A stretch of DNA of 64,000 nucleotides from Solirubrobacteraceae bacterium (lineage in GTDB: Bacteria > Actinomycetota > Thermoleophilia > Solirubrobacterales > Solirubrobacteraceae). Numbering within the stretch: position 1 is the stretch's first letter; each line of letters begins with the position of its first letter. The notes beneath the pieces are model-generated. The model was not told the DNA's origin. It did not search any database and saw only the letters and a program-made list of their open reading frames with translations. Of the stretch, positions 18,911 to 28,750 are shown one piece after another. The stretch is from NCBI GenBank assembly GCA_045805485.1, contig JBJMLC010000065.1, positions 16,395 through 80,394 on the forward strand, given 5' to 3'. The position numbers and the translations under genes were made by a program.

Positions 18911-19665
18911 TCACCGGCGAGCGGGTCACCGTCCCGGACGGGGGGTTCAATCCGACCTTCCAGCGTCACGTTGCCGCCTACCGGCTGATCGCGCCGCTGC
19001 TCGGAGACGGACTGGTTCTCGATCTGGGCTGCGGCACCGGTCACTCCTACCGTGAGCTGGCGCCGCGGGTGACCATCGGGGTCGATCTCGAAGCGAGCGT
19101 TCTGTCTGGTCAGGAGCGCGAGACGCACGTGGCCGACATGCGCAGCCTGCCGTTCTCCGGAGCCAGCTTTGCCTCGGTGATCGCGGTGCAGTCACTGGAG
19201 CACGTGCCGGACCCGGAATCGGTGCTGGCCGAGGTTGTCCGCGTGCTCCGGCCCGGGGGCCGAGCCGTGTTCGTGACCCCAAACCGCCTGACCTTCGGGC
19301 GGCCGGATGAGATCATCGATCCCTACCACTACCTCGAGTACTCCTCCGAGGAGTTGCGGAGCCTGTGCGGCCGCTTCTTCGAGCGCGTGGAGGTCCTGGG
19401 CCTCCATGGCTCGGCGCGTTACCAGAGCATCGTCGAAGCGGAGCATCATGAGCTCGACCGGCTGCTGGCGCTGGATCCGCTGCGGCTGCGCCGCTGGGTC
19501 CCGCGCCGTCTGCGCCAGCGGCTCTACGACTGGAGGCTGCGTCGCGATCGCGCCCAACCTCGCGCCACCGCGCTCGAGATCGGGCCTGAGGATTTCCGGC
19601 TCTCCGGTGAGGAGCTGGAGGCGGCGCTGGATGTGATCGCCATCTGCGACCTGCCCGCGATGTGA
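18907..19665 (+). CDS. Class I SAM methyltransferase
   Basis: ITGERV, RHVAAY, VLDLGCGTG, SLEHV, TPNRLTF, PYHYLEY; ATGA overlap with upstream stop. Confidence 0.85.
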   Translation: MITGERVTVPDGGFNPTFQRHVAAYRLIAPLLGDGLVLDLGCGTGHSYRELAPRVTIGVDLEASVLSGQERETHVADMRSLPFSGASFASVIAVQSLEHVPDPESVLAEVVRVLRPGGRAVFVTPNRLTFGRPDEIIDPYHYLEYSSEELRSLCGRFFERVEVLGLHGSARYQSIVEAEHHELDRLLALDPLRLRRWVPRRLRQRLYDWRLRRDRAQPRATALEIGPEDFRLSGEELEAALDVIAICDLPAM

Positions 19666-20885
19666 TCGAGCCCCCCGGCCTCGTGGCGTCCGAGGCGGAG
19701 GCGCCGAACCTGGTTCCGCCGCCGGGCAACCCTCGTTTCCCTCTGTTTGACGCGCTGCGGGCCGTGGCGGCGCTGTCCGTGTTCGCCGGGCACACCGTCA
19801 CCGGGGTGATCGCCCCCTCCGGGCACCGCACGCTGTTCGTCTGGGCCGTGGCTCTGGCTGATCAGGGCGTGGTCATCTTCTTCCTGATCTCGGGCTTCCT
19901 CCTGTACCGCCCATTTCTGGTCGCCCGGCGCAACGGCAGGCCGATGCGCGTCGGCTCGTACGCCAAGCGCCGCTTCCTGCGTATCGTTCCCGCCTACTGG
20001 GCGGCGCTGACCATCTTCATCGCCGCCGGGTTCGTCAGCGGCGTCACGACCCACAACTGGTGGATCTTCTACGGATTCGGCCAGATCTACAGTCCGAACA
20101 ACATCGGCTCGGGCATCGGAGCGGCCTGGACGCTGTGTATCGAGGTCACGTTCTATGCCGCGCTCCCGCTGTTCGCTTTCCTGGCGGCCCGGCTCGGAGC
20201 CTGGGTGTCGATGCGGGTCGACGTGCTGATGCTGGTGGTGCTCGCCGCCGCCTCCCTGGCTTTCCGAGGCCATTACGGCTCATTCGTCCAGGCGGAGAAG
20301 GTTTCGACCCTGGCCGGGACATTCTTCTGGTTCGCCCTGGGGATGGGCCTGGCGATAGCCAGCGTGGCCCTGGAGGGCAGGGAGCCGGCCCCCGGCCAGG
20401 GCGGGCTGCCTCGGCGCTGGCCGGTTCTCAGCTGGGGCGCGGCCGTGCTGCTGTTCGTGGCTGTGCATGAGTTCGAGGTGCGAGCCCTGGGGCTCGGTCT
20501 CCCGGTCCGGTACGTGCTCATCCACGTTCTCTACGGGCTGGCCGCGCTCTTCGTCCTGATGCCCGGAGTGTTCGGCGTGCAGGAAGGCGGCCTGGTTCGG
20601 CGCGCGCTGGGGCTGCGGACGCTCGCCTGGATCGGGTTGATCTCCTACGCGTTCTATCTCTACCACTCAATCGTGATCGCACAGTTGGACGACGTGTTCG
20701 GCGGCGTGGGCCTGGTCGGCCGCTACCTGATCGTGGCTGTGTGCGCGTTCGGCGTGACCGTGCTGTGCGCGGCCGCGAGCTACTACGCGCTGGAGCGCCC
20801 GATGATGCTCCTCGGGCGCTCCTCGCGCACGGCCGTGCGGGGGACCGTGCCGCCCGCCGGCGGATCAGGACGCGAACTTCTTTGA
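19662..20885 (+). CDS. Acyltransferase-3 (OafA-like) membrane O-acyltransferase
   Basis: FDALRAVAAL, FFLISGFLL, RRFLRIVPAY, WTLCIEVTFY, ISYAFYLYH, SYYALERP. Confidence 0.9.
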   Translation: MIEPPGLVASEAEAPNLVPPPGNPRFPLFDALRAVAALSVFAGHTVTGVIAPSGHRTLFVWAVALADQGVVIFFLISGFLLYRPFLVARRNGRPMRVGSYAKRRFLRIVPAYWAALTIFIAAGFVSGVTTHNWWIFYGFGQIYSPNNIGSGIGAAWTLCIEVTFYAALPLFAFLAARLGAWVSMRVDVLMLVVLAAASLAFRGHYGSFVQAEKVSTLAGTFFWFALGMGLAIASVALEGREPAPGQGGLPRRWPVLSWGAAVLLFVAVHEFEVRALGLGLPVRYVLIHVLYGLAALFVLMPGVFGVQEGGLVRRALGLRTLAWIGLISYAFYLYHSIVIAQLDDVFGGVGLVGRYLIVAVCAFGVTVLCAAASYYALERPMMLLGRSSRTAVRGTVPPAGGSGRELL

Positions 20886-21656
20886 CGGCCAGGCGCCACT
20901 GCGATGCAGCAGCAGCCGGGAGGCCGTGAGCAGGGTCTTCAGCCCGTAGATGATCGACTGACCGGCGGAGGCCGAGGACGCGTCCGGGAAGTAACGGGTG
21001 TTGGCCGGCACCTCGGCGATTCGGAAGCCGAAGTGCACCGTCTGCATCACCATCTCGGAATCGAACACGAAGTCGATCGAGTTGCGCAGGAAGGGCACCG
21101 TGAGCAGAAGCTCGCGTGAATAGGCGCGGTAGCCGGTGTGAAGCTCACTCAGGGTGGTGCCCAGGACCACGTTCTCGATCCTGGTCAGGATCCTGTTGGC
21201 CAGGAACTTGTAGCGCGGCATTCCCACCTTGCGCCAGGCTCCCGCGTGGGTCAGCCTGGACCCCAGCACCATGTCGGCCTCGCCCCTCAGGATCGGCTCC
21301 ACCATCCGGGGGATCAGCGAGGGCTCGTATTGCCCGTCCGGGTGCAGCATCACCACCACGTCCGCGCCGCGCTGAAGCGCCTCCAGGTAGCACGTCTTCT
21401 GGTTGCCTCCGTACCCCACGTTGTGGGGGTGCCAGATCAGGTGGAGGGGCAGCCGCCGGGCGATGTCCAGCGTTTCATCGGTGGAGCCATCGTCGACCAG
21501 GATGATCTCGTCCACCACGTCGGTGGGAATGCCGGAGAACGTGGCCTCAAGGGTGCGGGCGGCGTTCCAGGCGGGCATGACCACGATCACCTTGGCCGCT
21601 CTCGTGGCGTCGGCGATGTCCGACGAGGTCTCGCCCACGATCTCGGCCTGCCCCAT
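20865..21656 (-). CDS. GT2 glycosyltransferase (DPM-synthase-like)
   Basis: VVMPAWNAA, LVDDGSTD, GYGGNQK, LHPDGQY, VLGSR, LHTGYRAY. Confidence 0.9.
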   Translation of the reverse strand: MGQAEIVGETSSDIADATRAAKVIVVMPAWNAARTLEATFSGIPTDVVDEIILVDDGSTDETLDIARRLPLHLIWHPHNVGYGGNQKTCYLEALQRGADVVVMLHPDGQYEPSLIPRMVEPILRGEADMVLGSRLTHAGAWRKVGMPRYKFLANRILTRIENVVLGTTLSELHTGYRAYSRELLLTVPFLRNSIDFVFDSEMVMQTVHFGFRIAEVPANTRYFPDASSASAGQSIIYGLKTLLTASRLLLHRSGAWPSKKFAS

Positions 21657-21693
21657 AGCGGGGCAAAGCTTAGACGGCGCAGGTCAGCTGGAG

Positions 21694-23364
21694 TTATCGC
21701 GCGCGCACCGTGGCCGCCCTGCTGTACTGGACCTGTCCCGTGGGTGATGCCCAACGCACTCGGATCGCTCCTGGGCCAGGAACCGTCACCGTAGTTTGGA
21801 TCACTTCGCTGGCGGCCTCCGTCCGGGCGTGGGCCAGCGTCCGGTAGGACGATTTCGATCCGGGGCGCCACTGAATCTCCGCCTGCTGGGGCGCACCGCT
21901 GGGCGCCACCCTGATCATCGCCCACACGTGCACGTGGTGCCCGACCTTGAGCTCGGGATCAGGGAGAAAGATTGGGAGGCGGTAGGAGTCAAACGAGGGC
22001 TTTCGGGCTCCGTTGGCGTAGAGAAGTCCGGTTTGGAACGTGGACCAGTAGCCCGGCGAGCCGGGTGGATAGTGACGGTTGGGCCGCGCGTCGTAGAGCA
22101 GGAACTGGTTCATGGTGACCACCCGTGGGTCTCGCCAAGCCAGGTACTGGGCCTGGTTCAGATAGCGGGACTGGACTTCGGGCGGCACTCCTCGGTAGGG
22201 GTTCGGTGGATTGGTTTCGTACCCGTATTCCGTCAGATAGAGAGGGAGCCGACGGGAGACTCCGTAGCTCCTGAAGATGGAGTCCAGTGTGTGTTCCAGC
22301 CGGACGAGGTTGGCCAGCGGGGCAAACGCTGGGTTGGCCATGGGCGCATTGGGTGCCAGGAAGAAGGAATACGGATGGTGAGCCAGACCGGTGGCCTGGA
22401 AGAGAGCCGGATGCGCCGATGCGAACCTCGACGGATCTGGCGATCGGGGACACCCGAGCTGGCTCGCCGCAGCTCCACTGAGGGGGTGGAAGCCGGAGTC
22501 AACGCAGTAGAGCCCCTCGAGGAATGGGATCGGTGGAATCGGCCACTCGGGCCGCGGGTAGATGCAGTGCGTTCCGGCCACGCATCCCTCCGGAGCCAGC
22601 TCGCCAACCAGGATCGTGTCGCTTCCGGGCCGGTGTCCTGTTCGATCGAGTGCCGCGAACCCAGCATCCACATAGCCTCGGTACAGGACCGGCGCCTGCA
22701 TGACGGGGCCGGTGGGCGAGGCGCGCCACTGCGGCGCCAGCCAACCCGGCTGGTTCGGTTCATTCCAGATCGACCAGAAGTGGACCCCCGGGAGGGGTCC
22801 ATGGGCGCCCGGAGGAACATAGTGTCCGCTGTAGCGGGTACCCAGGGCCTGGACGAAGCGGCCGAAGGCAGCGCTTGACGGGACCCAGTGGTCCGCGTAT
22901 CGCGCGGAGGGAGCGCGCGGGCGGACGGCCCAGAGCGGCCCGGGCGCTGTGGGGTTGAAATCAATGGTGATACCTCGGGCCCCGGCAAGTTCCACCAGTC
23001 GGTCATAGGGCGCCCAGCGCGCCGCTGAGTAGGCGGCTGGGTCCGAGCCGCTGAAGCCCTGCGGCATGACGGCAGAGGCCGAATCAGGCGCAATGAGCTT
23101 CCACACCACGGTTGCCCGGATCTCGGTAACCCCGAGGCTCTTTAGGGTGTCCAGAGTCCGGGTCACCGTGGGCGTGGCGCTGTAGATCAGGTGATCGTCG
23201 TCCATGAACATCGAGGCGACCCGGTGTCCTGACCGCTGATGGAGCGCCACGCGGGGGCGCACTGAGCCAGAACCTCGCCGCACCACCACCACCGCAAGCA
23301 GGGCAGCGACCAGTACCAGCCCAGCCAGAACCTGCTTCCATGCCGAGAGAGGCCTGGACTCCAT
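21694..23364 (-). CDS. Secreted/anchored clan GH-A glycoside hydrolase-like protein
   Basis: N-terminal hydrophobic helix after ATG 23364; WSIWNEPN acid/base motif, HHPY, LTEYG nucleophile motif. Confidence 0.75.
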   Translation of the reverse strand: MESRPLSAWKQVLAGLVLVAALLAVVVVRRGSGSVRPRVALHQRSGHRVASMFMDDDHLIYSATPTVTRTLDTLKSLGVTEIRATVVWKLIAPDSASAVMPQGFSGSDPAAYSAARWAPYDRLVELAGARGITIDFNPTAPGPLWAVRPRAPSARYADHWVPSSAAFGRFVQALGTRYSGHYVPPGAHGPLPGVHFWSIWNEPNQPGWLAPQWRASPTGPVMQAPVLYRGYVDAGFAALDRTGHRPGSDTILVGELAPEGCVAGTHCIYPRPEWPIPPIPFLEGLYCVDSGFHPLSGAAASQLGCPRSPDPSRFASAHPALFQATGLAHHPYSFFLAPNAPMANPAFAPLANLVRLEHTLDSIFRSYGVSRRLPLYLTEYGYETNPPNPYRGVPPEVQSRYLNQAQYLAWRDPRVVTMNQFLLYDARPNRHYPPGSPGYWSTFQTGLLYANGARKPSFDSYRLPIFLPDPELKVGHHVHVWAMIRVAPSGAPQQAEIQWRPGSKSSYRTLAHARTEAASEVIQTTVTVPGPGAIRVRWASPTGQVQYSRAATVRAR

Positions 23365-23446
23365 GGCCCTCAGGCTGTCATAGCGCGGCAACTGGCAGCC
23401 CACGGCCCGAGCCTTCAGGCAGGGTGGCTCAGCGAGAGAGCCGAAC

Positions 23447-23575
23447 TCAGATCTCGATTTCGACGATCTGGTTCGCTTGGACTTCCTATATCTTGAGCGC
23501 TGGTCGCTCATGCTGGATCTGTCGATCCTCCTGAAGACCATTCCCACCGTCCTACATCGACGCCGCGCAGCCTGA
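23447..23575 (+). pseudogene. Remnant 3' end of a priming sugar transferase (Bac_transf, WcaJ/CpsE-like)
   Basis: Manual translation SDLDFDDLVRLDFLYLERWSLMLDLSILLKTIPTVLHRRRAA*; in-frame TAG at 23381 and no start codon between it and the motif; absent from ORF track. Confidence 0.8.
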
Positions 23576-23624
23576 GCCTTCGCCCGGCCTCGACCGGACC
23601 CGCCGGCGAGCACTCGTCACACCC

Positions 23625-24569
23625 ATGACAGCGGCAGGAACCCTTCAACCATGCGATCTCTGCGGCGCTGACGGGCCGACCGTCGTCCTGCGCTCCCCAC
23701 GCCTGGACGGCCCGCTGGTGCGATGCTCGCGTTGCCGGCTCTATTACGTCGCCAATCCAGCCGCCAGCTTCACCTTTTCGGGGACGAGCGAGCAAAGGTC
23801 GGCAGAACTCGCTGACCGCGTAGCTGAACTTGGCATCGTCTGTCACAGCGTGGAGGAGGCGGAGGAGCCCTGGCGGTGGGAGGCAAATCAGGCCCGCCTC
23901 CAGCGGGTCCGGCAATACGTCAGCTCGGGAACCCTGCTCGACGTCGGCTGCTCTACAGGGCTCTTCCTAAATGTGGCGAGCCGCTACTTTGACGCCGCGG
24001 GGGTGGAGCCTGATCCGCCCACCAGCGAGGCCGCGCGCGCCTGCGGCCTGAACGTACAGACGGGAACACTCGCCGACGTCCGGCCCCCGGCGGAAGGCTT
24101 TGACGCCATAACCATGTTCCACGTCATCGAGCATCTCCGATCGCCCTCCGAAGCGATCCGTCAGGCGCGAGCGCTGCTGCGGCCCGGGGGCGTTCTGGTC
24201 ATAGAGACCCCGACGATCGACACGCTGTGGTTCAGGGTCACACGGCATCGTTGGCGCCAGCTGATTCCTGACCACTACTTCTTCTTTGACCGCGCGACCC
24301 TTGGTCGGCTGTTGGTCGCCTCCGGCTTGGAGCCGCTCGAGTACGAGAAGGTCGGGCGGCGGATAAGCCTGCGCTTCGCGATCGACCGTGCCCGCCGAGC
24401 GGGCTTGCCCGGTGCCCGACAGGCCGCGTCTCTCGTCCGTCGCCTCGGCCTTGAGAACGCGACCTTCCACCTCAGGCCGGGCGACATCATGAGCATGACC
24501 GCCACCGCCCGCGAAGCCCCGGGTAGTTCGGAGTTGGGGCCACCGGCGGTCGCTAAACTCAAAATGTAG
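23625..24569 (+). CDS. Class I SAM methyltransferase with N-terminal Cys4 motif
   Basis: CDLC...CSRC; LLDVGCSTG; FHVIEHL; IETP; PDHYFFF. Confidence 0.85.
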   Translation: MTAAGTLQPCDLCGADGPTVVLRSPRLDGPLVRCSRCRLYYVANPAASFTFSGTSEQRSAELADRVAELGIVCHSVEEAEEPWRWEANQARLQRVRQYVSSGTLLDVGCSTGLFLNVASRYFDAAGVEPDPPTSEAARACGLNVQTGTLADVRPPAEGFDAITMFHVIEHLRSPSEAIRQARALLRPGGVLVIETPTIDTLWFRVTRHRWRQLIPDHYFFFDRATLGRLLVASGLEPLEYEKVGRRISLRFAIDRARRAGLPGARQAASLVRRLGLENATFHLRPGDIMSMTATAREAPGSSELGPPAVAKLKM

Positions 24570-24571
24570 TT

Positions 24572-25705
24572 TTGAGGGGCGTCAGAGTGATGACAGCGAT
24601 GGCGGTGCTTGGGGTGTCCGCCCTGCCGAGCAATGCCGCGGCTGCTCACGTGCGCCCGGGCTTCGTCGGGGTCATGGCCGATGGACCGCTGTTCTTCTCC
24701 GGGGTGAAGCTGGGCCATCAGGTGGCAAAGATGGCCGCCGACGGCGTCGGAAGCGTGCGCGTTGCGTTCAACTGGAGCAAGGCTCAGCCCTACCAGGACT
24801 GGAACGAAATCCCGGCCGGTCAGAAGAAGCATTTCACGCACGGTCCCGGAGGTGTTCCCACCAGCTACTTCGAAACCGACCGGATCGTCCGGTTGGCTGC
24901 CATTCATCACCTGACGCTCCTGCCGGTGGTGACGACCGTGCCGCCGTGGGACGGCTCACCGAAGGGCCAGCACAATCAGCCGGCCCGTGACGCTCCCTAT
25001 GGGCGGTATCTGACCGGCCTGATCAGGCGATACGGCCCGAGCGGGAGGTTTTGGTCGGACCATCGCCGGCTGCCCCGTCGCCCGCTGACCGCATGGCAGA
25101 TCTGGAATGAGCCTGAGCTCACCGAGAACTGGGACACGTTCCCGTTCGCTCGCAGCTACGTCAGGCTGCTCCGGGTTGCCCACGACGCGATCAGGCGAGC
25201 CGACCCCTCGGCCCGTGTCGTTCTGGCGGCCCTGACCAACTACGGCTGGCGTGACCTCGCCTCGATCTACAAGGTTCAGGGCAGCCGGCGCGTGTTCGAT
25301 GAGGTGGCCGCCAATCCATACACCGCCCAGCCCTCGGGCGTGATCACGATCTTGGGTTACTTCAGGAAAGCCATGGATGACAATGGCGACAGCCACAAGC
25401 CGCTTCTGGCCACGGAGGTTGGCTGGCCCTCTGCGAAGGGAAAGTCGAGTCAGGACTTCGGCTTCAACACGACCGAGCGCGGGCAGGCGAAGAAGCTCTC
25501 GGAGCTCCTGCCCCTCCTGGCCAAGAACCGCCACCGGCTACGTCTGGCCAGTTTCTACTACTACACGTGGATGTCGACCGATCCCCGTCACGGCGTCCCG
25601 TTCCAATACGCCGGCCTCCTCCGCTTCAGGAGGGCCAAGGACAAGATCGATCCCAAACCCGCCTATTTCGCGTTCCGCCGCACGGTGCGCAAGTTGGAGC
25701 GGTAG
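24572..25705 (+). CDS. Secreted clan GH-A glycoside hydrolase-like protein, tandem paralog 1
   Basis: Signal peptide; WQIWNEP; ATEVGWPS. Confidence 0.8.
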   Translation: MRGVRVMTAMAVLGVSALPSNAAAAHVRPGFVGVMADGPLFFSGVKLGHQVAKMAADGVGSVRVAFNWSKAQPYQDWNEIPAGQKKHFTHGPGGVPTSYFETDRIVRLAAIHHLTLLPVVTTVPPWDGSPKGQHNQPARDAPYGRYLTGLIRRYGPSGRFWSDHRRLPRRPLTAWQIWNEPELTENWDTFPFARSYVRLLRVAHDAIRRADPSARVVLAALTNYGWRDLASIYKVQGSRRVFDEVAANPYTAQPSGVITILGYFRKAMDDNGDSHKPLLATEVGWPSAKGKSSQDFGFNTTERGQAKKLSELLPLLAKNRHRLRLASFYYYTWMSTDPRHGVPFQYAGLLRFRRAKDKIDPKPAYFAFRRTVRKLER

Positions 25706-25759
25706 AAGGCGAGCGGCGGCCGCGATGGCGGTCGATCCGCTTGCTAGACTCAAGCCACC

Positions 25760-26935
25760 GTGGGGCGCGTGCGGGTGGTCATCCTTCTTGGGGTCCTAGG
25801 GCTGCTTTGGCTGCCCGGCAGCGCCCTGGCCACGCAGCGTGTCCCGCGTGGTTTCGTGGGCATGATGGCCGACGGACCGCTCTTTGACCCCGCGGTCAAC
25901 CTGAGCGGACAGTTCGACCGGATGGTGAAGAGCGGAGTGCAGAGCCTGCGGGTGGCCTTCAACTGGAATCTCGCCCAGCCGTATGCCCGGTGGAGTCAGA
26001 TCCCGCGTCGCGACCGTAAGCACTTCAGCCGGGGCCAGGGTGGGGTTCCGACGAACTTCTACGCCACGGACCGCATAGTCACGCGGGCCGCCAGGTACGG
26101 GCTCTCCCTTCTTCCGGTCGTGACCTACGCGCCCGCCTGGGATGGATCCGCGAGCGGCAACCACCTTCAGCCGGCCCACGATGCTCCCTACGCGCGATAC
26201 CTGACGATCCTGGTCAAGCGCTACGGGCCGCACGGAAGCTTCTGGGCCTCCCATCGCTGGCTGCGGCGACAGCCGATCACGTCCTGGCAGATCTGGAACG
26301 AGCCCGACCTGGCTCACAACTGGAACACCACTCCGTTTGCTCCCAGCTACGTCAAGCTGCTTGGGGTGGCGCACCGCGCGATCAAGCGCGCCGATCCGAC
26401 CGCGCAAGTCGTTCTGGCGGCGATGACCAACTATGGCTGGACGCATCTCGAGTCCATCTACAGCATCCCCGGGAGCCGCCGCCTGTTCGACGTCGCCACC
26501 TGCAACGCGTACGCCAGCGAGCCGACCGGGGTGATCGCGAACCTGACCAAGTTCCGAGAGGTGATGGACACGCACGGAGACCGGCACAAGCCGCTCCTGG
26601 CCACCGAGCTCGGCTGGCCCTCTGCCCTGGGAAAGACGAGCCTGGACTTCGGCATCAACACGACTGAGCAGGGGCAGGCGAAGAAGCTCTCGGCGCTCCT
26701 GCCCCTCCTGGCCAAGAACCGCCACCGCCTGCGGCTGGCCGGCTTCTACTACTACACCTGGCTGACTGCCGATCCCCGAAACGCCTCGCCGTTTGCGTAC
26801 TCAGGCCTGCTGCGTTTCCACAAGGCCAACAGCCGCATCTCCACCAAGCCTGCCTATTTTGCGTTCCGGCGGGCAGCGCTCAAGCTGGAGGGCTGCAACC
26901 GCGGCCGGTCCAAGCACCACGCCTGCCGCGCCTGA
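25760..26935 (+). CDS. Secreted clan GH-A glycoside hydrolase-like protein, tandem paralog 2
   Basis: Signal peptide (ALA); WQIWNEP; ATELGWPS; colinear with 24572-25705. Confidence 0.8.
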   Translation: MGRVRVVILLGVLGLLWLPGSALATQRVPRGFVGMMADGPLFDPAVNLSGQFDRMVKSGVQSLRVAFNWNLAQPYARWSQIPRRDRKHFSRGQGGVPTNFYATDRIVTRAARYGLSLLPVVTYAPAWDGSASGNHLQPAHDAPYARYLTILVKRYGPHGSFWASHRWLRRQPITSWQIWNEPDLAHNWNTTPFAPSYVKLLGVAHRAIKRADPTAQVVLAAMTNYGWTHLESIYSIPGSRRLFDVATCNAYASEPTGVIANLTKFREVMDTHGDRHKPLLATELGWPSALGKTSLDFGINTTEQGQAKKLSALLPLLAKNRHRLRLAGFYYYTWLTADPRNASPFAYSGLLRFHKANSRISTKPAYFAFRRAALKLEGCNRGRSKHHACRA

Positions 26936-26978
26936 CACGGTAGGTTGTGGGTCCCTCAAACGATCTTTCGGAGAGACC

Positions 26979-27440
26979 ATGACGACCACCGACGCCACCA
27001 TCGAGATGAGCGAGCTCCCCCAGTGGGCGGGCAAGCATCTGGGCTTCACGGACTGGCAGGAGATGACCCAGGAGCGGGTCAACCAGTTTGCTGACGCCAC
27101 CGACGACCACCAGTTCATCCACGTGGACGTGGAGCGGGCCAAGCAGACGCCGTTCGGAGGCACGGTCGCCCACGGATACCTGACCCTGTCGTTGATGGCG
27201 CCCGTGATGGGCGAGTTGCTGAAGGTCTCCGGGGTGAAGATGGGGGTCAACTACGGCACCGACCGAGTCCGATTCCCAGCCCCGCTGCCAGTGGGTTCGC
27301 AATGGCGCGGCGGCGGCGAGATCGTCGAGGTCACCGAGGTCCCGGGCGGCGTCCAGGTCAAGACCAAGTGCACGATCGAGGTGCAGGGGTCCGAGAAGCC
27401 GTCCTGCGTGGCCGAGTGTCTGGTCCGCCTCTACGGCTGA
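26979..27440 (+). CDS. MaoC family dehydratase
   Basis: FADATDDHQFIHVD, GGTVAHGYLTLSL, VNYG.DRVRFPAP; GGAGA RBS before ATG 26979. Confidence 0.9.
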   Translation: MTTTDATIEMSELPQWAGKHLGFTDWQEMTQERVNQFADATDDHQFIHVDVERAKQTPFGGTVAHGYLTLSLMAPVMGELLKVSGVKMGVNYGTDRVRFPAPLPVGSQWRGGGEIVEVTEVPGGVQVKTKCTIEVQGSEKPSCVAECLVRLYG

Positions 27441-27489
27441 TCGACCTGCGCCCGGGCCGGCGGAAGCCCACCCCACCAGGCTCCGCATC

Positions 27490-28491
27490 TTGAGCCACCC
27501 CAGTCGCGAGATCCATCTGGCCGCCCGCCCGGTCGGCGAGCCGCAGGCCGCCGACTTCCGCCTCGCCCAGGTCGAGGTCCCGGATCCCGGCCCCGGCGAG
27601 GTGCTGGTCCGCAACCAATGGATGTCGGTGGACCCATACATGCGCGGGCGGATGAGGGATGCCCGGTCATACGTCACGCCATTCGAGCTCGGGGAGCCGC
27701 TGGAGGGAGGCGCGGTGGGCCAGGTGGTGGCCTCAGGCGACGAGCGATTCGATGCCGGGCAGACCGTGCGCCACCAGCTGGGCTGGCGCGAGTACGCCCT
27801 GGTGCCCGCCGATCAGCTGCGGGCCGTGGACACCGACCTGGCCCCCGCCTCGGCCTACCTGGGGGTGCTGGGGATGCCCGGCCTGACGGCGTACGCCGGG
27901 CTGCTGGACGTTGCCGAGCTGCGCTCAGGAGATGTCGTGTTCGTGTCGGCCGCCGCCGGCGCGGTGGGATCGCTGGTGGGGCAGATCGCCCGGATCAAGG
28001 GTTGCCGCGTCATCGGCAGCGCGGGTTCGGCGGACAAGGTCGCCTACCTGAAGGACGAGCTGAGGTTCGACGAGGCGTTCAACTACAGGGACGGGAGCGT
28101 GGACCAGCTCCTGAGTGCGGCCGCGCCCGACGGGATCGACGTGTACTTCGACAACGTCGGTGGCGATCACCTGGAGGCGGCCATCGGCTGCATGAAAGAG
28201 CTCGGCCGGGTCGCCCTGTGCGGAGCCGTATCGGTCTACAACGCCACCTCGGCCCCCCCCGGGCCTCGAAACCTGCCGCTGGCCATCGGCAGGCGCCTTA
28301 CGCTGCGCGGCTTCATCGTGACCGATCACGCCGCCCGGTATCCGGACTTCGTCCGCGACGTGAGCGGCTGGCTGCGGGAGGGAGAGATCACCTACCGGGA
28401 GACTGTCGTGGAGGGGATCGAGCGCGCGCCCGATGCGTTCATTGGACTGCTCCAGGGGAAGAACCTGGGAAAGATGGTGGTCAAGTTCTAG
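27490..28491 (+). CDS. NADP-dependent oxidoreductase (prostaglandin reductase/CurA-like MDR)
   Basis: SVDPYMRGRM, LGMPGLTAY.GL, VSAAAGAVGS, GIDVYFDNVGG, GKNLGKMVV. Confidence 0.92.
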   Translation: MSHPSREIHLAARPVGEPQAADFRLAQVEVPDPGPGEVLVRNQWMSVDPYMRGRMRDARSYVTPFELGEPLEGGAVGQVVASGDERFDAGQTVRHQLGWREYALVPADQLRAVDTDLAPASAYLGVLGMPGLTAYAGLLDVAELRSGDVVFVSAAAGAVGSLVGQIARIKGCRVIGSAGSADKVAYLKDELRFDEAFNYRDGSVDQLLSAAAPDGIDVYFDNVGGDHLEAAIGCMKELGRVALCGAVSVYNATSAPPGPRNLPLAIGRRLTLRGFIVTDHAARYPDFVRDVSGWLREGEITYRETVVEGIERAPDAFIGLLQGKNLGKMVVKF

Positions 28492-28750
28492 TGCCCTGAA
28501 TCGCAAATCCGACGGCGCCGTTCCGCGTGATGTTCGCGGCCGAACAGCGCCGTCAAGTGGGCACCGGATCCTGCCGATACGGGCTGTGCATGCCCGGCCA
28601 TCCGGCCCCTCCTGACCGGTCGCAACATCTGCTGCACACGAAGGACCAGCCCAGTCGCCCTGGTACTTTGACAGCGACCGCAGGGGTTGGGAGGTGCCGC
28701 TTACGTCAACCAGGCGCCATGGCAGCAGAGGTCGGACCGAGGGGTCCGGA

